A stretch of DNA of 46,294 nucleotides from Phormidesmis sp. (GTDB lineage: Bacteria; Cyanobacteriota; Cyanobacteriia; Phormidesmidales; Phormidesmidaceae), in the NCBI GenBank assembly GCA_041746795.1, contig JBGTGK010000097.1, forward strand, positions 1 through 46,294, written 5' to 3'. Positions 28,102 through 39,520 of the stretch are shown here, one piece after another; the stretch's first letter is position 1; each line of letters begins with the position of its first letter. Under the pieces are notes generated by a model. It ran no database searches. It saw only the letters and a list, made by a program, of their open reading frames with translations, and was not told where the DNA came from. The translations under genes were made by a program, and so were the position numbers.

Positions 28102-29463
28102 ATGGCACAGATTTTTATCTCGGCGGGTCACGGCGGCATAGAAAATGGCAGGCTCGACACGGGTGGGCGAGCGGGTAGCACCACCGAAGCACAAGAGATG
28201 ATTGCGCTGCGAGATTTGATTGTGCCAGAGCTGCGATCGCGCGGCTATGACGTGCTCTCTGTGCCCGACGACCTCAGCATGAACCAAAGCATTGATTGGA
28301 TCAATGCGCGCGCCCGTGCTGGAGCCGTCGCCTTAGAAATTCACGCTGAAGTATTTGGGAACACGGCCACGCGCGGAGCGACGGTTTATTACATTGCGAA
28401 TAATCGCGATCGCCGTGATCAGGCCGAACTAATCTTGCTCAACCTGCTTAAAGAAGTGCCCGAGCTGCCCAGCCGAGGCGTCAGCCCTGATACCGCAGCA
28501 GGCACCGGCAGTCTGACCTTTGTCCGCCAAACCGTACCGCCCGCACTGCTGGCCGAAATCGCGTATCTCACGAACCCCAAAGACTTTGCCCTGCTCACCC
28601 AGCGGCGGCGCAACTTCGCAGTTGGCCTCGCCAATGGCCTTGCAGCCTGGAGCAAAGCGGTCACTGGCAGTAGCCCCACCCCGCCTGGGCCTGAAGGGCC
28701 TGAATATCCAACCATCAATATTGAGTTCAACGGCACGCCCTACCAAGACAAAGGCATCATCATTAGCGGCAACGCCTATATACCAATAGATTTGGCCAGC
28801 TTGCTCGGCACAGATCTAGCCGGTTCTGACAGTGTCCGCCGGGTTCGCTATCGCGGTGTCGTGTATATCAAAGCGGTTGACCTTAAGCCTTTTAGCGTCT
28901 CCGTAGGATGGGACGCCGCAACTCGAACGCTGAAGCTTCGCTCTGCCGCCATGCTCAACATCTGTCCTGGCACCATTGATGTGATTATGAGTCGCGGCAG
29001 CACCACCGAAACCCAGCTTGCCATTTTCCTCCGGCAGGGCAATGGCAGCGCGCTCGATCAGTTTCCTGACCTGCCCAAAATTTATCGAGAGGAAGCCACC
29101 GCCGAAGGTGTCGACTACGACATCGCCTTTTGCCAAATGTGCGTAGAAACCAATTTTTTACGATTCCCAGGTCTGGTAAAACCCTTTCAAAATAACTTTG
29201 CCGGGCTAGCCGACGGGGCGGGTAACCTGGCTAGCTTCGAGAGTGCCCGCATCGGCGTTCGCGCCCAAATTCAGCACCTCAAAGCTTACGCCAGCACAGA
29301 GCCCTTAGTTGGTGAGAAGGTCGATCCCCGCTTCGACTTTGTAAAGAGGGGCATCGCACCGCTGGTCGATCAGCTTAGCAACCTATGGGAGGCCGATTCG
29401 CTGTATGGAGAGAAAATCCTGGCCCGACTGCGAGAGCTATATACGACGGCTGGACTGCTATAG
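28102..29463 (+). CDS. N-acetylmuramoyl-L-alanine amidase + glucosaminidase-like domain (TftA-like cell-wall hydrolase)
   Basis: IFISAGHGG, TEAQE, LEIHA, LLAEIAY (Amidase_3). C-terminal AFCQMCVETNF, QNNFAGL, QHLKAYA. Confidence 0.85.
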   Translation: MAQIFISAGHGGIENGRLDTGGRAGSTTEAQEMIALRDLIVPELRSRGYDVLSVPDDLSMNQSIDWINARARAGAVALEIHAEVFGNTATRGATVYYIANNRDRRDQAELILLNLLKEVPELPSRGVSPDTAAGTGSLTFVRQTVPPALLAEIAYLTNPKDFALLTQRRRNFAVGLANGLAAWSKAVTGSSPTPPGPEGPEYPTINIEFNGTPYQDKGIIISGNAYIPIDLASLLGTDLAGSDSVRRVRYRGVVYIKAVDLKPFSVSVGWDAATRTLKLRSAAMLNICPGTIDVIMSRGSTTETQLAIFLRQGNGSALDQFPDLPKIYREEATAEGVDYDIAFCQMCVETNFLRFPGLVKPFQNNFAGLADGAGNLASFESARIGVRAQIQHLKAYASTEPLVGEKVDPRFDFVKRGIAPLVDQLSNLWEADSLYGEKILARLRELYTTAGLL

Positions 29464-29635
29464 AGGTTATTGGGCTGCACTTGTTAGGCGCTGTACTTGT
29501 TAACCGCTGTACTTGTTGAATACAGAGCGATCACATGAGCCAACCAATAAACTGCCACCCAGCACACTTTGAAAGGTTCAAATTTTAGAGACTGTTGGGG
29601 AACGCTGAAAAATATCTTGATTAGTCACAACCTTT

Positions 29636-30877
29636 ATGGCCATGCAGACATCTTCCGCCGCTTTTGTCTTTTCTCCTACCTTCTGTAAAAGCTGGCTCTT
29701 CAGTTTGACCACATCTCAGCATAACCCTCAGCCTGCTAGATCAGTCTTTAGCCAGCGCTTACGGCGGGGACTGGTTTGGGGCGGCGGGTGTCTGCTTTGG
29801 CTGGCGCTAGTGTTGCCTGCTCATGCGGCGGTAGAGCTACGGGTGGCGATCGCCCAGGGCAAGGAGGCCATTAGCGTCGGCAGCTCTACTACGGGCATTA
29901 TCAGCAACGGCGGCAACCAAGCGCTGTATCAGCTACCCAAGCTTCAGGGCATTACCCTCAAGGCAGACACGAACGGGGTAGACCTGACAAATGGCAGCAA
30001 AACACTCTCTGAATCGAATGCGTTTTGGCTAGCGCCATCTGAAGATGGCTTTGTGTGGATTGGCGATAAATGGTATCGCGGTCGGGTGATGGTGACGCTA
30101 GAGAACGGCGAGCTAACCGCCGTTAACTACGTTAATTTGGAAGACTATCTATACAGCGTGGTGGGTAGTGAAATGCCGACCAGCTGGCCCCAAGCCGCCT
30201 TGCAATCCCAGGCAGTCGCGGCTCGGTCTTACGCACTTTATAAGCGCTCCAAATCTTCTAGCCCTTTGTACGATCTTAATAGCACTACGGCTTCTCAGGT
30301 ATACAAGGGCATCGTCCAAGAGGCTCCTAGCACCATTGACGCTGTAAAAACCACGGCTAATGAGGTCGTCACCTACGACGGCCAGGTAATTGAGGCGATC
30401 TTCCACTCTTCTTCGGGTGGACATACTGAAAACGCTAGCGAAGTATGGAGTAGCGACGTGCCTTATCTACACGGCGTTGAGGACTACGATCAAAACGCGC
30501 CTGTGTATAAGTGGGACAAAACCTTTAGTCTGGACGATTTCAGTCGCAAGATAGGCAGTGTAGGCACCGTGCGTAGCCTTGGCACACCCCATCTGACTAC
30601 TCAGGGCCGCGTCGTTTCTATGAGCATCACTGGCGATCAGGGGGCTCACACCTTTAAGGGCAGTGACCTCCGTTCGGCGCTAGATTTGCGCAGCACTCGC
30701 TTTACAATTCAAATAGACAAAAGTTCAGGTCAGGTAAAGATTTCAGGGTTCGGCTTTGGCCATGGCGTGGGGATGAGTCAGTGGGGGGCGCGGAGCTTGG
30801 CTGAGCAGGGCTGGAACTTTGAGCAAATTTTGGAGCACTACTATCAGCGGACGGCGATCGCGCAGCTCGCAGGATAG
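29636..30877 (+). CDS. SpoIID/LytB domain protein
   Basis: LEDYLYSVVGSEM, QAVAARSYA, QVYKG, GFGHGVGMSQWGA, ILEHYY. Start uncertain. Confidence 0.92.
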   Translation: MAMQTSSAAFVFSPTFCKSWLFSLTTSQHNPQPARSVFSQRLRRGLVWGGGCLLWLALVLPAHAAVELRVAIAQGKEAISVGSSTTGIISNGGNQALYQLPKLQGITLKADTNGVDLTNGSKTLSESNAFWLAPSEDGFVWIGDKWYRGRVMVTLENGELTAVNYVNLEDYLYSVVGSEMPTSWPQAALQSQAVAARSYALYKRSKSSSPLYDLNSTTASQVYKGIVQEAPSTIDAVKTTANEVVTYDGQVIEAIFHSSSGGHTENASEVWSSDVPYLHGVEDYDQNAPVYKWDKTFSLDDFSRKIGSVGTVRSLGTPHLTTQGRVVSMSITGDQGAHTFKGSDLRSALDLRSTRFTIQIDKSSGQVKISGFGFGHGVGMSQWGARSLAEQGWNFEQILEHYYQRTAIAQLAG

Positions 30878-30941
30878 CCTCTCTTTTTGACGTCTGCCTT
30901 TTTAACGCCTAAAGATAACCACGTCGGTATTTTAGCGCTGG

Positions 30942-31679
30942 CTATTGAAGGGCGCTCATCAGCGATTCCCAGGCTTTCACGGCTTGCAGAATAGTGCGGT
31001 AGCCAAGCGCATTAGGGTGGAGACCATCGGCATGGAGGCGATCGCCCACCCATCCCTCATCTTGGTGCGCCCACGCCGCCAGCAAATCTAAGTAAGGCAC
31101 CTCATGCGCCTCGCATAGCTGCCGGGTCACGTCCCGATAGCGAGCTTGCTCTGCCCGACTAAAGTACAAAATATTGGCAAACGGCATAGCAGCTTCGTTC
31201 ACTGGCACCATACCGATAAAAAAGACCGGACAAAGCTGACGGGCGCCAGACAGTAGCCAATCAAGCTTTTGCCCGAAGGTTTCTATATCCGTAACCGGGC
31301 GACCCGTAGGACGACCCGCTCTTGCCGAATCGTTGATGCCAACCGACAGAATCAAAACGTCAGGGGTGCGGTGGCGAAGCTCGCCGCGATCGCGAAACTC
31401 CTGCTCTAATCGCTTAGCAACCTGCGTAACGCCATCTCCACGCACGCCCAGGTTGTACAAAATCGGCCCTGGCTGCTCAGGATTCATCCAGCCCAGTCGC
31501 AGCCTCTCTACCCAGCCGCCGCCCTCACTGTCGCCATAGCCGTATATCAGGCTATCGCCAACGGCAATCACTTTTTTCGGATGAATTGCTGTCGTTTTTT
31601 GGCCGGGTTGCCAGGTCAGCGGCGAGGGAAAAGTTGCTGTCATAAAGCCGCTTTTGATAAAAAATCGATTAAAACTCAT
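30942..31679 (-). CDS. SGNH/GDSL hydrolase
   Basis: VGDSLIYG, NLGVRG, GINDS, DGLHPN. Confidence 0.88.
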   Translation of the reverse strand: MSFNRFFIKSGFMTATFPSPLTWQPGQKTTAIHPKKVIAVGDSLIYGYGDSEGGGWVERLRLGWMNPEQPGPILYNLGVRGDGVTQVAKRLEQEFRDRGELRHRTPDVLILSVGINDSARAGRPTGRPVTDIETFGQKLDWLLSGARQLCPVFFIGMVPVNEAAMPFANILYFSRAEQARYRDVTRQLCEAHEVPYLDLLAAWAHQDEGWVGDRLHADGLHPNALGYRTILQAVKAWESLMSALQ

Positions 31680-31807
31680 CTAGAAGTAGCATAAACCTGA
31701 GTGGCTTTGCAAATCTTCACATTTCTATCCCCATTTCTACTTGGAGAAGCTGGCCAGATGAATTTCTCGGCCTGATCAGCCCTAGCAAGATTTTTAAAAT
31801 GGGCTAG

Positions 31808-33358
31808 TTACGCCAGATGTTGGGAGACGGTCGCCGCTAGCTGATCTGTCCAGTGATTCACCAGCTCTGCGCTAGCTGCCTCAACCATCACGCGAACGAG
31901 TGGTTCGGTACCAGAAGCACGAACCAGAACGCGGCCCTGGTCTCCCATCGCAGATTCTGCCTGCGCGATCGCCTGCTGCACCGCGTCGCAGGTATGCCAG
32001 TTGCGGCGCACGGTAGGATCTTCTACTCGCACGTTCTTTAGCCGCTGGGGATAGGTTTCAAAGCTTTGAGCCACCAGCTCTGGGAGCGAGCAGCCTGCCT
32101 GCTTGAGCAAATCGGCCAGGTGCAGGGCCGTGAGAATGCCATCGCCCGTCAGGCTGTAGTGGTGGCAAAGAATATGACCCGACTGCTCCCCGCCGAGCAT
32201 GGCCCCTTGATTGACCATCTCTGCAAAGACATGCTGATCGCCCACAGGGGTGCGAACTAGCTTGCCGCCCTGCTTTTCCCAGGCTCTCTCAAAACCTAAG
32301 TTCGCCATTACGGTAGAGATAATGGTGTCGTTGGGAAGCCTGCCCGACTGCTTGAGGGTTTGGCCCCAGAAGTACAGGATGTAGTCGCCGTCGATCACTC
32401 GGCCTTGGGCATCGACAGCCATGACGCGATCGGCGTCGCCATCGAATGCAAAGCCAATGTCGGCGTTGAGGTCGGCGACGGCGGCGGTAAGCGGGCCTAA
32501 GTGGGTGGAGCCGCAGTTTACATTGATGCGATCGCCATCCGGCAGTCCATTCAAAATCACTACCTCTGCGCCAGTAGACTCAAACACCTGCTTGGCCACT
32601 CGGGTCGCTGCGCCCCAGGCAAGATCTAGCACAATTCGCAGGCCGCTCAAATCAGGATGCGGTTGAAAAGGCTGATGGAGAAAGTCTATATAGCGCTCTA
32701 CTAAGTCGGGGCGCTGGTAGGTACGACCCCACTGAACTGTTTCAGGAACGGTATTAGCTTCTGGCAGATCTGGAGAAAAGCCCTCGCCGCCCAGCCTCTG
32801 CTCCCGGAGCGCTAACTCAATTTGCTGCTGAATGGCCACAGAAAGCTTGGTGCCATCAGAGCCAAAAAACTTGATGCCGTTGTCGGCAGGAGGATTGTGG
32901 CTAGCTGAGATCATAATGCCACCCGTATTGCCCAGGGCCAAATGCGCTACGGCTGCGGTGGGGCAAAGGCCCATATTCCATACTTCTAACCCAGCGGTGG
33001 TAAGACCTGCTGCCAGACCAGCGGCCAGCATATCGCTGGAGGTGCGCGAGTCTTGGCCGACGATGACTGGGCCGACTTCGCCGTGGCAGCGCAGCACCTG
33101 GCCTGCCCAAAAACCGACTTGAGTCGCTAAAGAGGCCGTGAGCAACGTGCCCGCTTCGCCGCGAATGCCATCAGTGCCAAAAAGGGGCGTGCTGGGCAGC
33201 GGCTGCGTTAAGCACCTAGCAGCAAGAGCAGGGTTAAAGCCTGCTTTTTTAGTCAAAGACTGCGCCTGACCAGTCGCGCCTCTACTCTCAATTTGATGCT
33301 TAGCTTGATGCTCACTTTGACGCTTAGCTTGACTGCTTTTTAACGGAGAACTCACCAT
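31808..33358 (-). CDS. glmM: Phosphoglucosamine mutase
   Basis: [36 protein letters not shown]. Start ATG 33358 with AAGGAG upstream. Confidence 0.95.
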   Translation of the reverse strand: MVSSPLKSSQAKRQSEHQAKHQIESRGATGQAQSLTKKAGFNPALAARCLTQPLPSTPLFGTDGIRGEAGTLLTASLATQVGFWAGQVLRCHGEVGPVIVGQDSRTSSDMLAAGLAAGLTTAGLEVWNMGLCPTAAVAHLALGNTGGIMISASHNPPADNGIKFFGSDGTKLSVAIQQQIELALREQRLGGEGFSPDLPEANTVPETVQWGRTYQRPDLVERYIDFLHQPFQPHPDLSGLRIVLDLAWGAATRVAKQVFESTGAEVVILNGLPDGDRINVNCGSTHLGPLTAAVADLNADIGFAFDGDADRVMAVDAQGRVIDGDYILYFWGQTLKQSGRLPNDTIISTVMANLGFERAWEKQGGKLVRTPVGDQHVFAEMVNQGAMLGGEQSGHILCHHYSLTGDGILTALHLADLLKQAGCSLPELVAQSFETYPQRLKNVRVEDPTVRRNWHTCDAVQQAIAQAESAMGDQGRVLVRASGTEPLVRVMVEAASAELVNHWTDQLAATVSQHLA

Positions 33359-33518
33359 CTTTAACTCCTTACACACCAATTACTTTGTTCTTGTTACGTT
33401 GTTGATCACTCCATGTAAGAGTGGAGGATATCACCTCAGACTCAGGAACGCTGGCTAATATGCCAATTCCTACATAAGAAGGACAGTATCAACAAAACTT
33501 GAACCAACGTACCCCACT

Positions 33519-33938
33519 ATGCCCACTTCCTCCCCCAATGGCCTTTCAGGGGATCTTTCTCCTGAAAATGCTTTCAAGAAAGGCGTTGACGAATTCAACC
33601 AGCAGGCATTCTACGCCTGTCACGATACGTTAGAGGCCATTTGGATGGAGGCTGAATTTGCTGAGAAGGCTTTTTATCAAGGAGTCTTGCAGATTGCTGT
33701 GGGGTTTTATCACTTGGGCAATCTTAACTGGCGCGGCAGCGCAATTTTGCTGGGGGAGGGCATCAACAAGCTGAGGCAATTCGAGCCTATCTATAAAGGC
33801 ATCGTGGTGGATGAGCTGGTGGATCAGTCGGCGGACTGGCTGACGTTAGTGCAGGCGGCTGGCCCCGAAGGGTTAGAGGCGATGATGGCCAATTTACCGC
33901 AGTCGCTCCCTCAAATTCAGTGGGAGACGGGCTCATGA
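33519..33938 (+). CDS. DUF309 domain protein
   Basis: FN...FYACHDTLEAIW...FYQGVLQIAVGFYH...N.RG. Confidence 0.88.
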   Translation: MPTSSPNGLSGDLSPENAFKKGVDEFNQQAFYACHDTLEAIWMEAEFAEKAFYQGVLQIAVGFYHLGNLNWRGSAILLGEGINKLRQFEPIYKGIVVDELVDQSADWLTLVQAAGPEGLEAMMANLPQSLPQIQWETGS

Positions 33939-34009
33939 AGCTGCCTCATGAAGCTGCCTCATGAAGCTGCCTCATGAAGCTGGCCAATGAAGCGGGCTAG
34001 TTAAGCGGG
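33932..34009 (+). repeat. 13-bp tandem repeat CTCATGAAGCTGC
   Basis: Three perfect copies from 33932, one with a single mismatch, then two decaying copies. Overlaps the DUF309 stop codon. Confidence 0.9.
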
Positions 34010-34132
34010 CCAATTCAAAAAGTAGGCTGCTATTTGTGCCAAATCCTAACGCCAGCGACTACTGTGGAAATAGGTTTATTGATACGGCGGCGGCGCGATC
34101 GCCTCTTATGAGTTCTGAGATGAGTTTTAAGA

Positions 34133-34699
34133 ATGCACCATCGGCAGTTAAATCGTTTACTTCTATATAAAAGCGCTATCCGCTTCACGCTTGTTTTGGT
34201 GCTTTCCGCCACGATTCCTCCCCTTGTGCAAGGGCTCTGGCCCGCCTCATTATCCCAGGCTAGAGCCCAGTCTACGGGAGGCTCAGGCGGAGCGATTCAA
34301 ATGAAGGCCAGCCGCGTAGAGGCCAACTCCAACAGCGGCGTGGTGACCGCGACAGGCAACGTCCGCATCGACTACCCTAGCCGAGATATCCACGCAACCT
34401 CTGCGCAAGCTCAGTACTACAGCCGCGAGCAGCGAATTGTCCTGAGCGGCAATGTAGACGTATTGCAGGAGGGCAATACGCTGCGAGCCGAAACAGTTAC
34501 CTACCTGATTACAGAAGGCCGCTTTGTGGCAACGCCGGATGCTAACAAGCAGGTAGAAGCCGTCTATATTTTGCCCGAAGCGCCAGCGCCTACGCCGAAT
34601 GCAGGCGCACCTCAAGCGCCGCCGCCAGTGTCTATTCCGGCTGTGCCCGATGAGCTACCCCGTGAGCTTGGCCCCATCGACAGTCCTAGCGGCTTTTAA
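34133..34699 (+). CDS. lptA: LptA/OstA family LPS transport periplasmic protein
   Basis: Signal peptide, VTATGNVRI, IVLSGNVDVLQEGNTLRAE. First gene of the lpt cluster. Confidence 0.85.
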   Translation: MHHRQLNRLLLYKSAIRFTLVLVLSATIPPLVQGLWPASLSQARAQSTGGSGGAIQMKASRVEANSNSGVVTATGNVRIDYPSRDIHATSAQAQYYSREQRIVLSGNVDVLQEGNTLRAETVTYLITEGRFVATPDANKQVEAVYILPEAPAPTPNAGAPQAPPPVSIPAVPDELPRELGPIDSPSGF

Positions 34700-34716
34700 C
34701 CAGGAGGGATAAGGCC

Positions 34717-35499
34717 GTGACTTCTTTGGCAAAATCTGCGCGAGCCCACTCAGATAATGGCAGCCCGGCCTTAAAGCTGGTGCTCGAAAATGTTCAAAAA
34801 ACCTATGGCAAACGGACGGTTGTAAAAGGCGTCAATTTGTCAGTTGCTCAAGGTGAAATTGTGGGCTTGCTGGGGCCAAACGGCGCAGGCAAAACGACCA
34901 CCTTTTACATGGCGACCGGACTGGTTAAGCCGGACATAGGCAAGGTGTTGCTAGCAGGCCAAGACATTACTAGCCTGCCAATGTACAAGCGGGCCAGGTT
35001 GGGGATTGGCTACCTGGCGCAGGAGGCGAGCGTTTTTCGCAATCTCAGCGTGCGAGATAACCTAGCACTTGTCATGGAGCAAACGGGGGTGCCTGCCCAC
35101 GAGCGGGAGGAGCGCCTTTTTAAGCTGCTCAAGGAGTTTCGCCTGGAGCAGGTGCAACATTCGCTGGGCATTCAAGTCTCTGGCGGCGAGCGCAGGCGGA
35201 CAGAGCTGGCACGAGCGCTCGCTTCAGGCGCACAGGGGCCGAACTTTTTGTTTTTGGATGAGCCGTTCGCGGGCGTTGATCCCATCGCGGTTTCGGAGAT
35301 TCAGACGATTGTGGCAGAATTGCGCGATCGCAACATGGGCGTCCTAATTACCGACCACAACGTCCGCGAAACGCTGCAAATTATCGATCGAGCTTACATC
35401 ATGAGCGATGGACAAATTTTAGCCTCAGGCAGCGCTGAAGACCTCTCAGACAACCCCTTGGTTCGCCAATACTACTTGGGAGACAGTTTTCGGCTATGA
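34717..35499 (+). CDS. lptB: LPS export ABC transporter ATPase
   Basis: GPNGAGKTT, YLAQEASVFR, SGGERRR, DEPFAGVDP, ITDHNVRET. Confidence 0.95.
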   Translation: MTSLAKSARAHSDNGSPALKLVLENVQKTYGKRTVVKGVNLSVAQGEIVGLLGPNGAGKTTTFYMATGLVKPDIGKVLLAGQDITSLPMYKRARLGIGYLAQEASVFRNLSVRDNLALVMEQTGVPAHEREERLFKLLKEFRLEQVQHSLGIQVSGGERRRTELARALASGAQGPNFLFLDEPFAGVDPIAVSEIQTIVAELRDRNMGVLITDHNVRETLQIIDRAYIMSDGQILASGSAEDLSDNPLVRQYYLGDSFRL

Positions 35500-36659
35500 C
35501 CCCTAGCACAGCTCCTGATTTCACCCAAAAGATTGCCCGCTGGCTGCCCCACCTGCCCATTATGGATCGCTACATCAGTCGCGAGCTAACGCTTCCTTTT
35601 TTATTCGGCGTGGGTGCCTTTTCCTCTATTGGGGTCTCGGTTGGGACGCTGTTTGAGCTAATTCGCAAGGCCACTGACTACGGCCTGCCCTTTGCCTTGG
35701 TCTTTGAGGTCTTTCTGCTGAGCCTGCCTCAGTTCGTCGTGCTGGCTTTCCCTATGTCTACGCTGCTCGCCACGATGATGACCTATACACGGTTCTCTAG
35801 CGACAGCGAATTAATTGCGCTACGAGGATGCGGCGTCAGCGTGAAGCGCATTATTGTGCCTGCTGTGGTGCTCAGCTTGCTGATTACCGGGCTGAGCTTT
35901 GCCGTCAATGAAGTGGTTGCCCCTGCCAGTACGCAGCGAGCTAAGCTGCTGCTGTCTCAGGCGCTAGACGAGGAAACACCTGCTTTTAAAGAAGGCAACA
36001 TTACCTTTAAGCAGGAAGAAGACGATGAGCTGGTGCGGTTTTTCCACGCTCGCAGCTTTGACGGCACCGTGATGCGCGGCATTACCGTCGTAGATTTCTC
36101 CCAGGAGGACAACGAAGATGGCCTCAAGCAAATTATCAGCGCCGACACCGCCACCTGGGACTTTAACCGAAACCTGTGGGAGTTCACTGACGGCACTATT
36201 TATGCGGTGTCGCCAAGCGGCTCTTTTCGGCAGATTATTCGCTTTGGGAAGCAGGACTTGCAGCTGCCGCGTACGCCTTTGGACTTGGCAAAAACCACTA
36301 AAAAAGACGAAGAGATGAATATAGCTGAGGCGAAGGATTATTTAAAAATACTGCGTCAGACGGGGGATGAAAAGGCGGTGCGCCAGCTTCAGGTAAACAT
36401 TCAAAACAAATACTCGGTGCCCTTTGCCTGCGTTGTGTTTGGCCTGGTCGGCTCGGCAGTGGGCGTTCGCCCCCAGCGCACCGGAAAAGCTACCAGCTTT
36501 GGCGTCAGCATTGTGATTATTTTTGGCTACTACGTGCTGAGCTTCGTGCTGGCAGAGATGGGCGGAGCCGGTGTTATCAGCCCGTTTGTGGCGGGGTGGC
36601 TGCCGTTGGCATTGGGGTTGGGGGCGGGAGTCGTATTGCTGTCCAGAGTATCCCGCTAG
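35496..36659 (+). CDS. LptF/LptG family permease
   Basis: MDRYI...PFLFG, SSDSELIALRGCGVS, six TM helices around a periplasmic domain. Overlaps the lptB stop. Confidence 0.92.
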   Translation: MTPSTAPDFTQKIARWLPHLPIMDRYISRELTLPFLFGVGAFSSIGVSVGTLFELIRKATDYGLPFALVFEVFLLSLPQFVVLAFPMSTLLATMMTYTRFSSDSELIALRGCGVSVKRIIVPAVVLSLLITGLSFAVNEVVAPASTQRAKLLLSQALDEETPAFKEGNITFKQEEDDELVRFFHARSFDGTVMRGITVVDFSQEDNEDGLKQIISADTATWDFNRNLWEFTDGTIYAVSPSGSFRQIIRFGKQDLQLPRTPLDLAKTTKKDEEMNIAEAKDYLKILRQTGDEKAVRQLQVNIQNKYSVPFACVVFGLVGSAVGVRPQRTGKATSFGVSIVIIFGYYVLSFVLAEMGGAGVISPFVAGWLPLALGLGAGVVLLSRVSR

Positions 36660-36672
36660 CAAGAGTATTCCG

Positions 36673-37278
36673 CTAGTTCCCCTCAAGTCGCGGCTGAAGC
36701 GTCCAGGGCCGATACCCAGCGCGGGCGCACTGCGTCAGAGCCGTATCTACGGCTACATCAGTAGCATCGACAATATCTACAACGCAGCTACTGTAGCGGG
36801 TGGGCATCAGGCTGCGGCCACAGTTTTGCAGTACCTCAGCGGAAGGCTCGGTTAAAAAGGCTTTGTGGATGTCGATAGTGCAGCTGGACACTTCTTTAGG
36901 GCGGCGCGATCGCTCACACACAAGCAGCGCACTATTGGCCGTTAGCCCTGTCAATTCGTTAACACCAACCACACAGGCTCCGAGATCTCCCGGATAGCGA
37001 GCACCAGCACAAGCGGCGATCGCATCTGCTTGGGCCACGCCCGAGCTGGTCATATCGGTGGCACAGCCGCGATAGTCAGGATTCCCGGAATAGCTGGGGG
37101 TCGCGGCCAGGGCGGTAGTGCTGCCAACCGTGCCTAAAGCCACAAGGCTAGCTGGAACCGCTAGTGAAAAGGCACTCGCTGTCGAAATAGCCGTCAGCCT
37201 AAAGGCAGTGGCCTTCAGATTGGCGGTCATGCGCTTTAGGCACAATAAGGAAGGCGAATAGGGAGGAATCATAGACAT
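36673..37278 (-). CDS. Hypothetical exported protein with Cys-paired ~31-aa repeats
   Basis: Hydrophobic leader, then recurring C...P.....C..I/V units (8 Cys in the mature part). Start uncertain. Confidence 0.7.
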   Translation of the reverse strand: MSMIPPYSPSLLCLKRMTANLKATAFRLTAISTASAFSLAVPASLVALGTVGSTTALAATPSYSGNPDYRGCATDMTSSGVAQADAIAACAGARYPGDLGACVVGVNELTGLTANSALLVCERSRRPKEVSSCTIDIHKAFLTEPSAEVLQNCGRSLMPTRYSSCVVDIVDATDVAVDTALTQCARAGYRPWTLQPRLEGN

Positions 37279-37533
37279 CTTTCAAAGGAGCCTTATTGCT
37301 AGGAGAGTGCTCTAAATCTAATTTACAGTGAATAGAGTGAAGATAACGATACGTACCCTCAACGTTCTGCCGCAAAAGCATACGCTTGAGAGTGTTAATG
37401 AGTCACATCATCTTTGTACTGTGAAGGTCTGGCAAAATCATGCGAGTTTTGTCAAGGATCACGCAGGCCCAAGTCCAAGCGGCCAGCAAAGATGTAACCC
37501 AACTGATAACAGCCGATTAAGAGAGGATTTGAT

Positions 37534-39447
37534 ATGCATCTGAGTGAAATCACCCATCCCAACCAGTTGCATGGCCTGTCGGTCACCCAGCTAGAAAAGA
37601 TTGCTCAGCAAATTAGAGACAAGCACCTGCAAACTATAGCCGCTAGCGGCGGGCATCTGGGGCCAGGGCTAGGCGTCGTTGAACTCACGCTAGGACTCTA
37701 TCAAACTCTTGACCTTGACCGCGATAAGGTCGTATGGGACGTAGGCCATCAGGCTTACCCTCACAAGCTCATCACCGGTCGCTACAAAGATTTTCATACC
37801 CTGCGTCAGCAAAACGGCGTAGCGGGCTACCTGAAGCGCACAGAGAGCCGGTTCGATCACTTTGGGGCAGGACACGCTTCTACCAGTATTTCAGCGGCTT
37901 TGGGGATGGCGATCGCTCGCGATCTCAAAGGCGAAGACTACAAAGTGGCCGCGATTATTGGCGACGGTGCCCTCACGGGTGGCATGGCCCTAGAAGCCAT
38001 TAACCACGCGGGTCATTTGCCCAACACCAATCTGGTTGTGGTACTCAACGACAATGAAATGTCGATTTCTCCCAACGTCGGTGCGATTCCGCGCTATCTC
38101 AACAAAATGCGCCTGAGCCCGCCCGTGCAGTTCCTCTCTGACAACCTCGAAGAGCAGTTCAAGCAGCTTCCCTTTGGCGAGACTCTAACCCCTGAGCTGA
38201 GCCGCTTCAAAGAAGGCATGAAGCGCTTAGCCGTGCCTAAAGTAGGCGCTGTGTTCGAGGAACTCGGCTTTACCTACATGGGGCCGATTGATGGACACAA
38301 TATCGCTGAGCTAATCAGCGCCTTCAAGGAGGCTCACAAACACGGCGGGCCAGTGCTCGTCCATGTCGCAACGATCAAAGGCAAAGGCTACGAAATCGCC
38401 GAAAAAGATCAGGTTGGCTACCATGCTCAGTCGGCGTTTGACTTAGAAACGGGTCAGAAAATTCCTGCCAATAAGCCCAAGCCACCCGACTACTCAAAGG
38501 TGTTTGCTGAAACGCTGGTGACGCTGGCCGAAAAAGATCCTACCATCGTCGGCATTACAGCGGCTATGGCCACAGGCACCCGGCTCGATTTGCTTCAGGC
38601 TAAGCTGCCTAATCAGTACATTGATGTGGGCATCGCTGAGCAACATGCGGTGACGCTGGCGGCGGGCCTAGCCTGCGGCGGCATGAAGCCAGTGCCGGTG
38701 ATTTACTCTACTTTCTTGCAGCGGGCCTTCGATCAGATTATTCACGACATTTGCATTCAAAAGCTGCCGGTTTTCCTTGCCCTAGATCGCGCTGGCATCG
38801 TTGGCGTAGATGGGCCAACGCACCAGGGTATGTACGACATTGCCTACCTGCGCTGCATTCCCAACATGGTGCTGATGGCTCCTAAAGATGAGGCTGAGCT
38901 ACAGCGCATGGTGGTTACCGGGGTTGAATACGACGGCCCCATTTCGATGCGCTATCCACGGGGCAGTGGCTACGGCGTGCCTCTGATGGAGTCGGGCTGG
39001 CAGCCACTGGAAATCGGCAAGGCTGAAATTTTGCGCCAGGGTGATGACGTTTTGATAGTGGGCTATGGCGCAATGGTATATCCCGCGATGCAAACCGCCG
39101 AAATCTTAAGTGAACACGGCGTAGAAGCCACGGTGATTAACGCCCGCTTCGCTAAGCCGCTAGATACCGACCTGATGCTGCCCTTGGTCAATACCATTGG
39201 CCGGGTAGCCACGATGGAAGACGGCTGCTTAATGGGCGGCTTTGGCTCTGCGCTGGCCGAAGAGCTGTTCGACCGGAAAATGACGCCTGAGCTATTGCGC
39301 CTGGGCGTCCCCGATCAGCTGGTAGATCATGCGACGCCCGATCAGTCTAAGGCGGCGCTGGGCCTGATGCCAGCGCAAATGGCTGAGCGTATTTTAGAGC
39401 GGTTTGAGCTGGGGGCAGCTAGTCGTGAGCTGGCAGGGCAGATGTAG
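37534..39447 (+). CDS. dxs: 1-deoxy-D-xylulose-5-phosphate synthase
   Basis: [46 protein letters not shown]. Confidence 0.97.
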   Translation: MHLSEITHPNQLHGLSVTQLEKIAQQIRDKHLQTIAASGGHLGPGLGVVELTLGLYQTLDLDRDKVVWDVGHQAYPHKLITGRYKDFHTLRQQNGVAGYLKRTESRFDHFGAGHASTSISAALGMAIARDLKGEDYKVAAIIGDGALTGGMALEAINHAGHLPNTNLVVVLNDNEMSISPNVGAIPRYLNKMRLSPPVQFLSDNLEEQFKQLPFGETLTPELSRFKEGMKRLAVPKVGAVFEELGFTYMGPIDGHNIAELISAFKEAHKHGGPVLVHVATIKGKGYEIAEKDQVGYHAQSAFDLETGQKIPANKPKPPDYSKVFAETLVTLAEKDPTIVGITAAMATGTRLDLLQAKLPNQYIDVGIAEQHAVTLAAGLACGGMKPVPVIYSTFLQRAFDQIIHDICIQKLPVFLALDRAGIVGVDGPTHQGMYDIAYLRCIPNMVLMAPKDEAELQRMVVTGVEYDGPISMRYPRGSGYGVPLMESGWQPLEIGKAEILRQGDDVLIVGYGAMVYPAMQTAEILSEHGVEATVINARFAKPLDTDLMLPLVNTIGRVATMEDGCLMGGFGSALAEELFDRKMTPELLRLGVPDQLVDHATPDQSKAALGLMPAQMAERILERFELGAASRELAGQM

Positions 39448-39520
39448 CGGGCACTCTGGTAGGCGCGTCAGTAAGCGCGTTAATGGGCGTTAGTGGGCGT
39501 CAGTGGGCAACCCGTAGGCG

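Noticed and set aside
23455-36659. Cell-envelope genes (M15A peptidase, amidase, SpoIID, glmM, lpt) as one dedicated cluster
   Set aside because: They are on mixed strands and interleaved with unrelated housekeeping genes, and no shared regulatory motif was seen.
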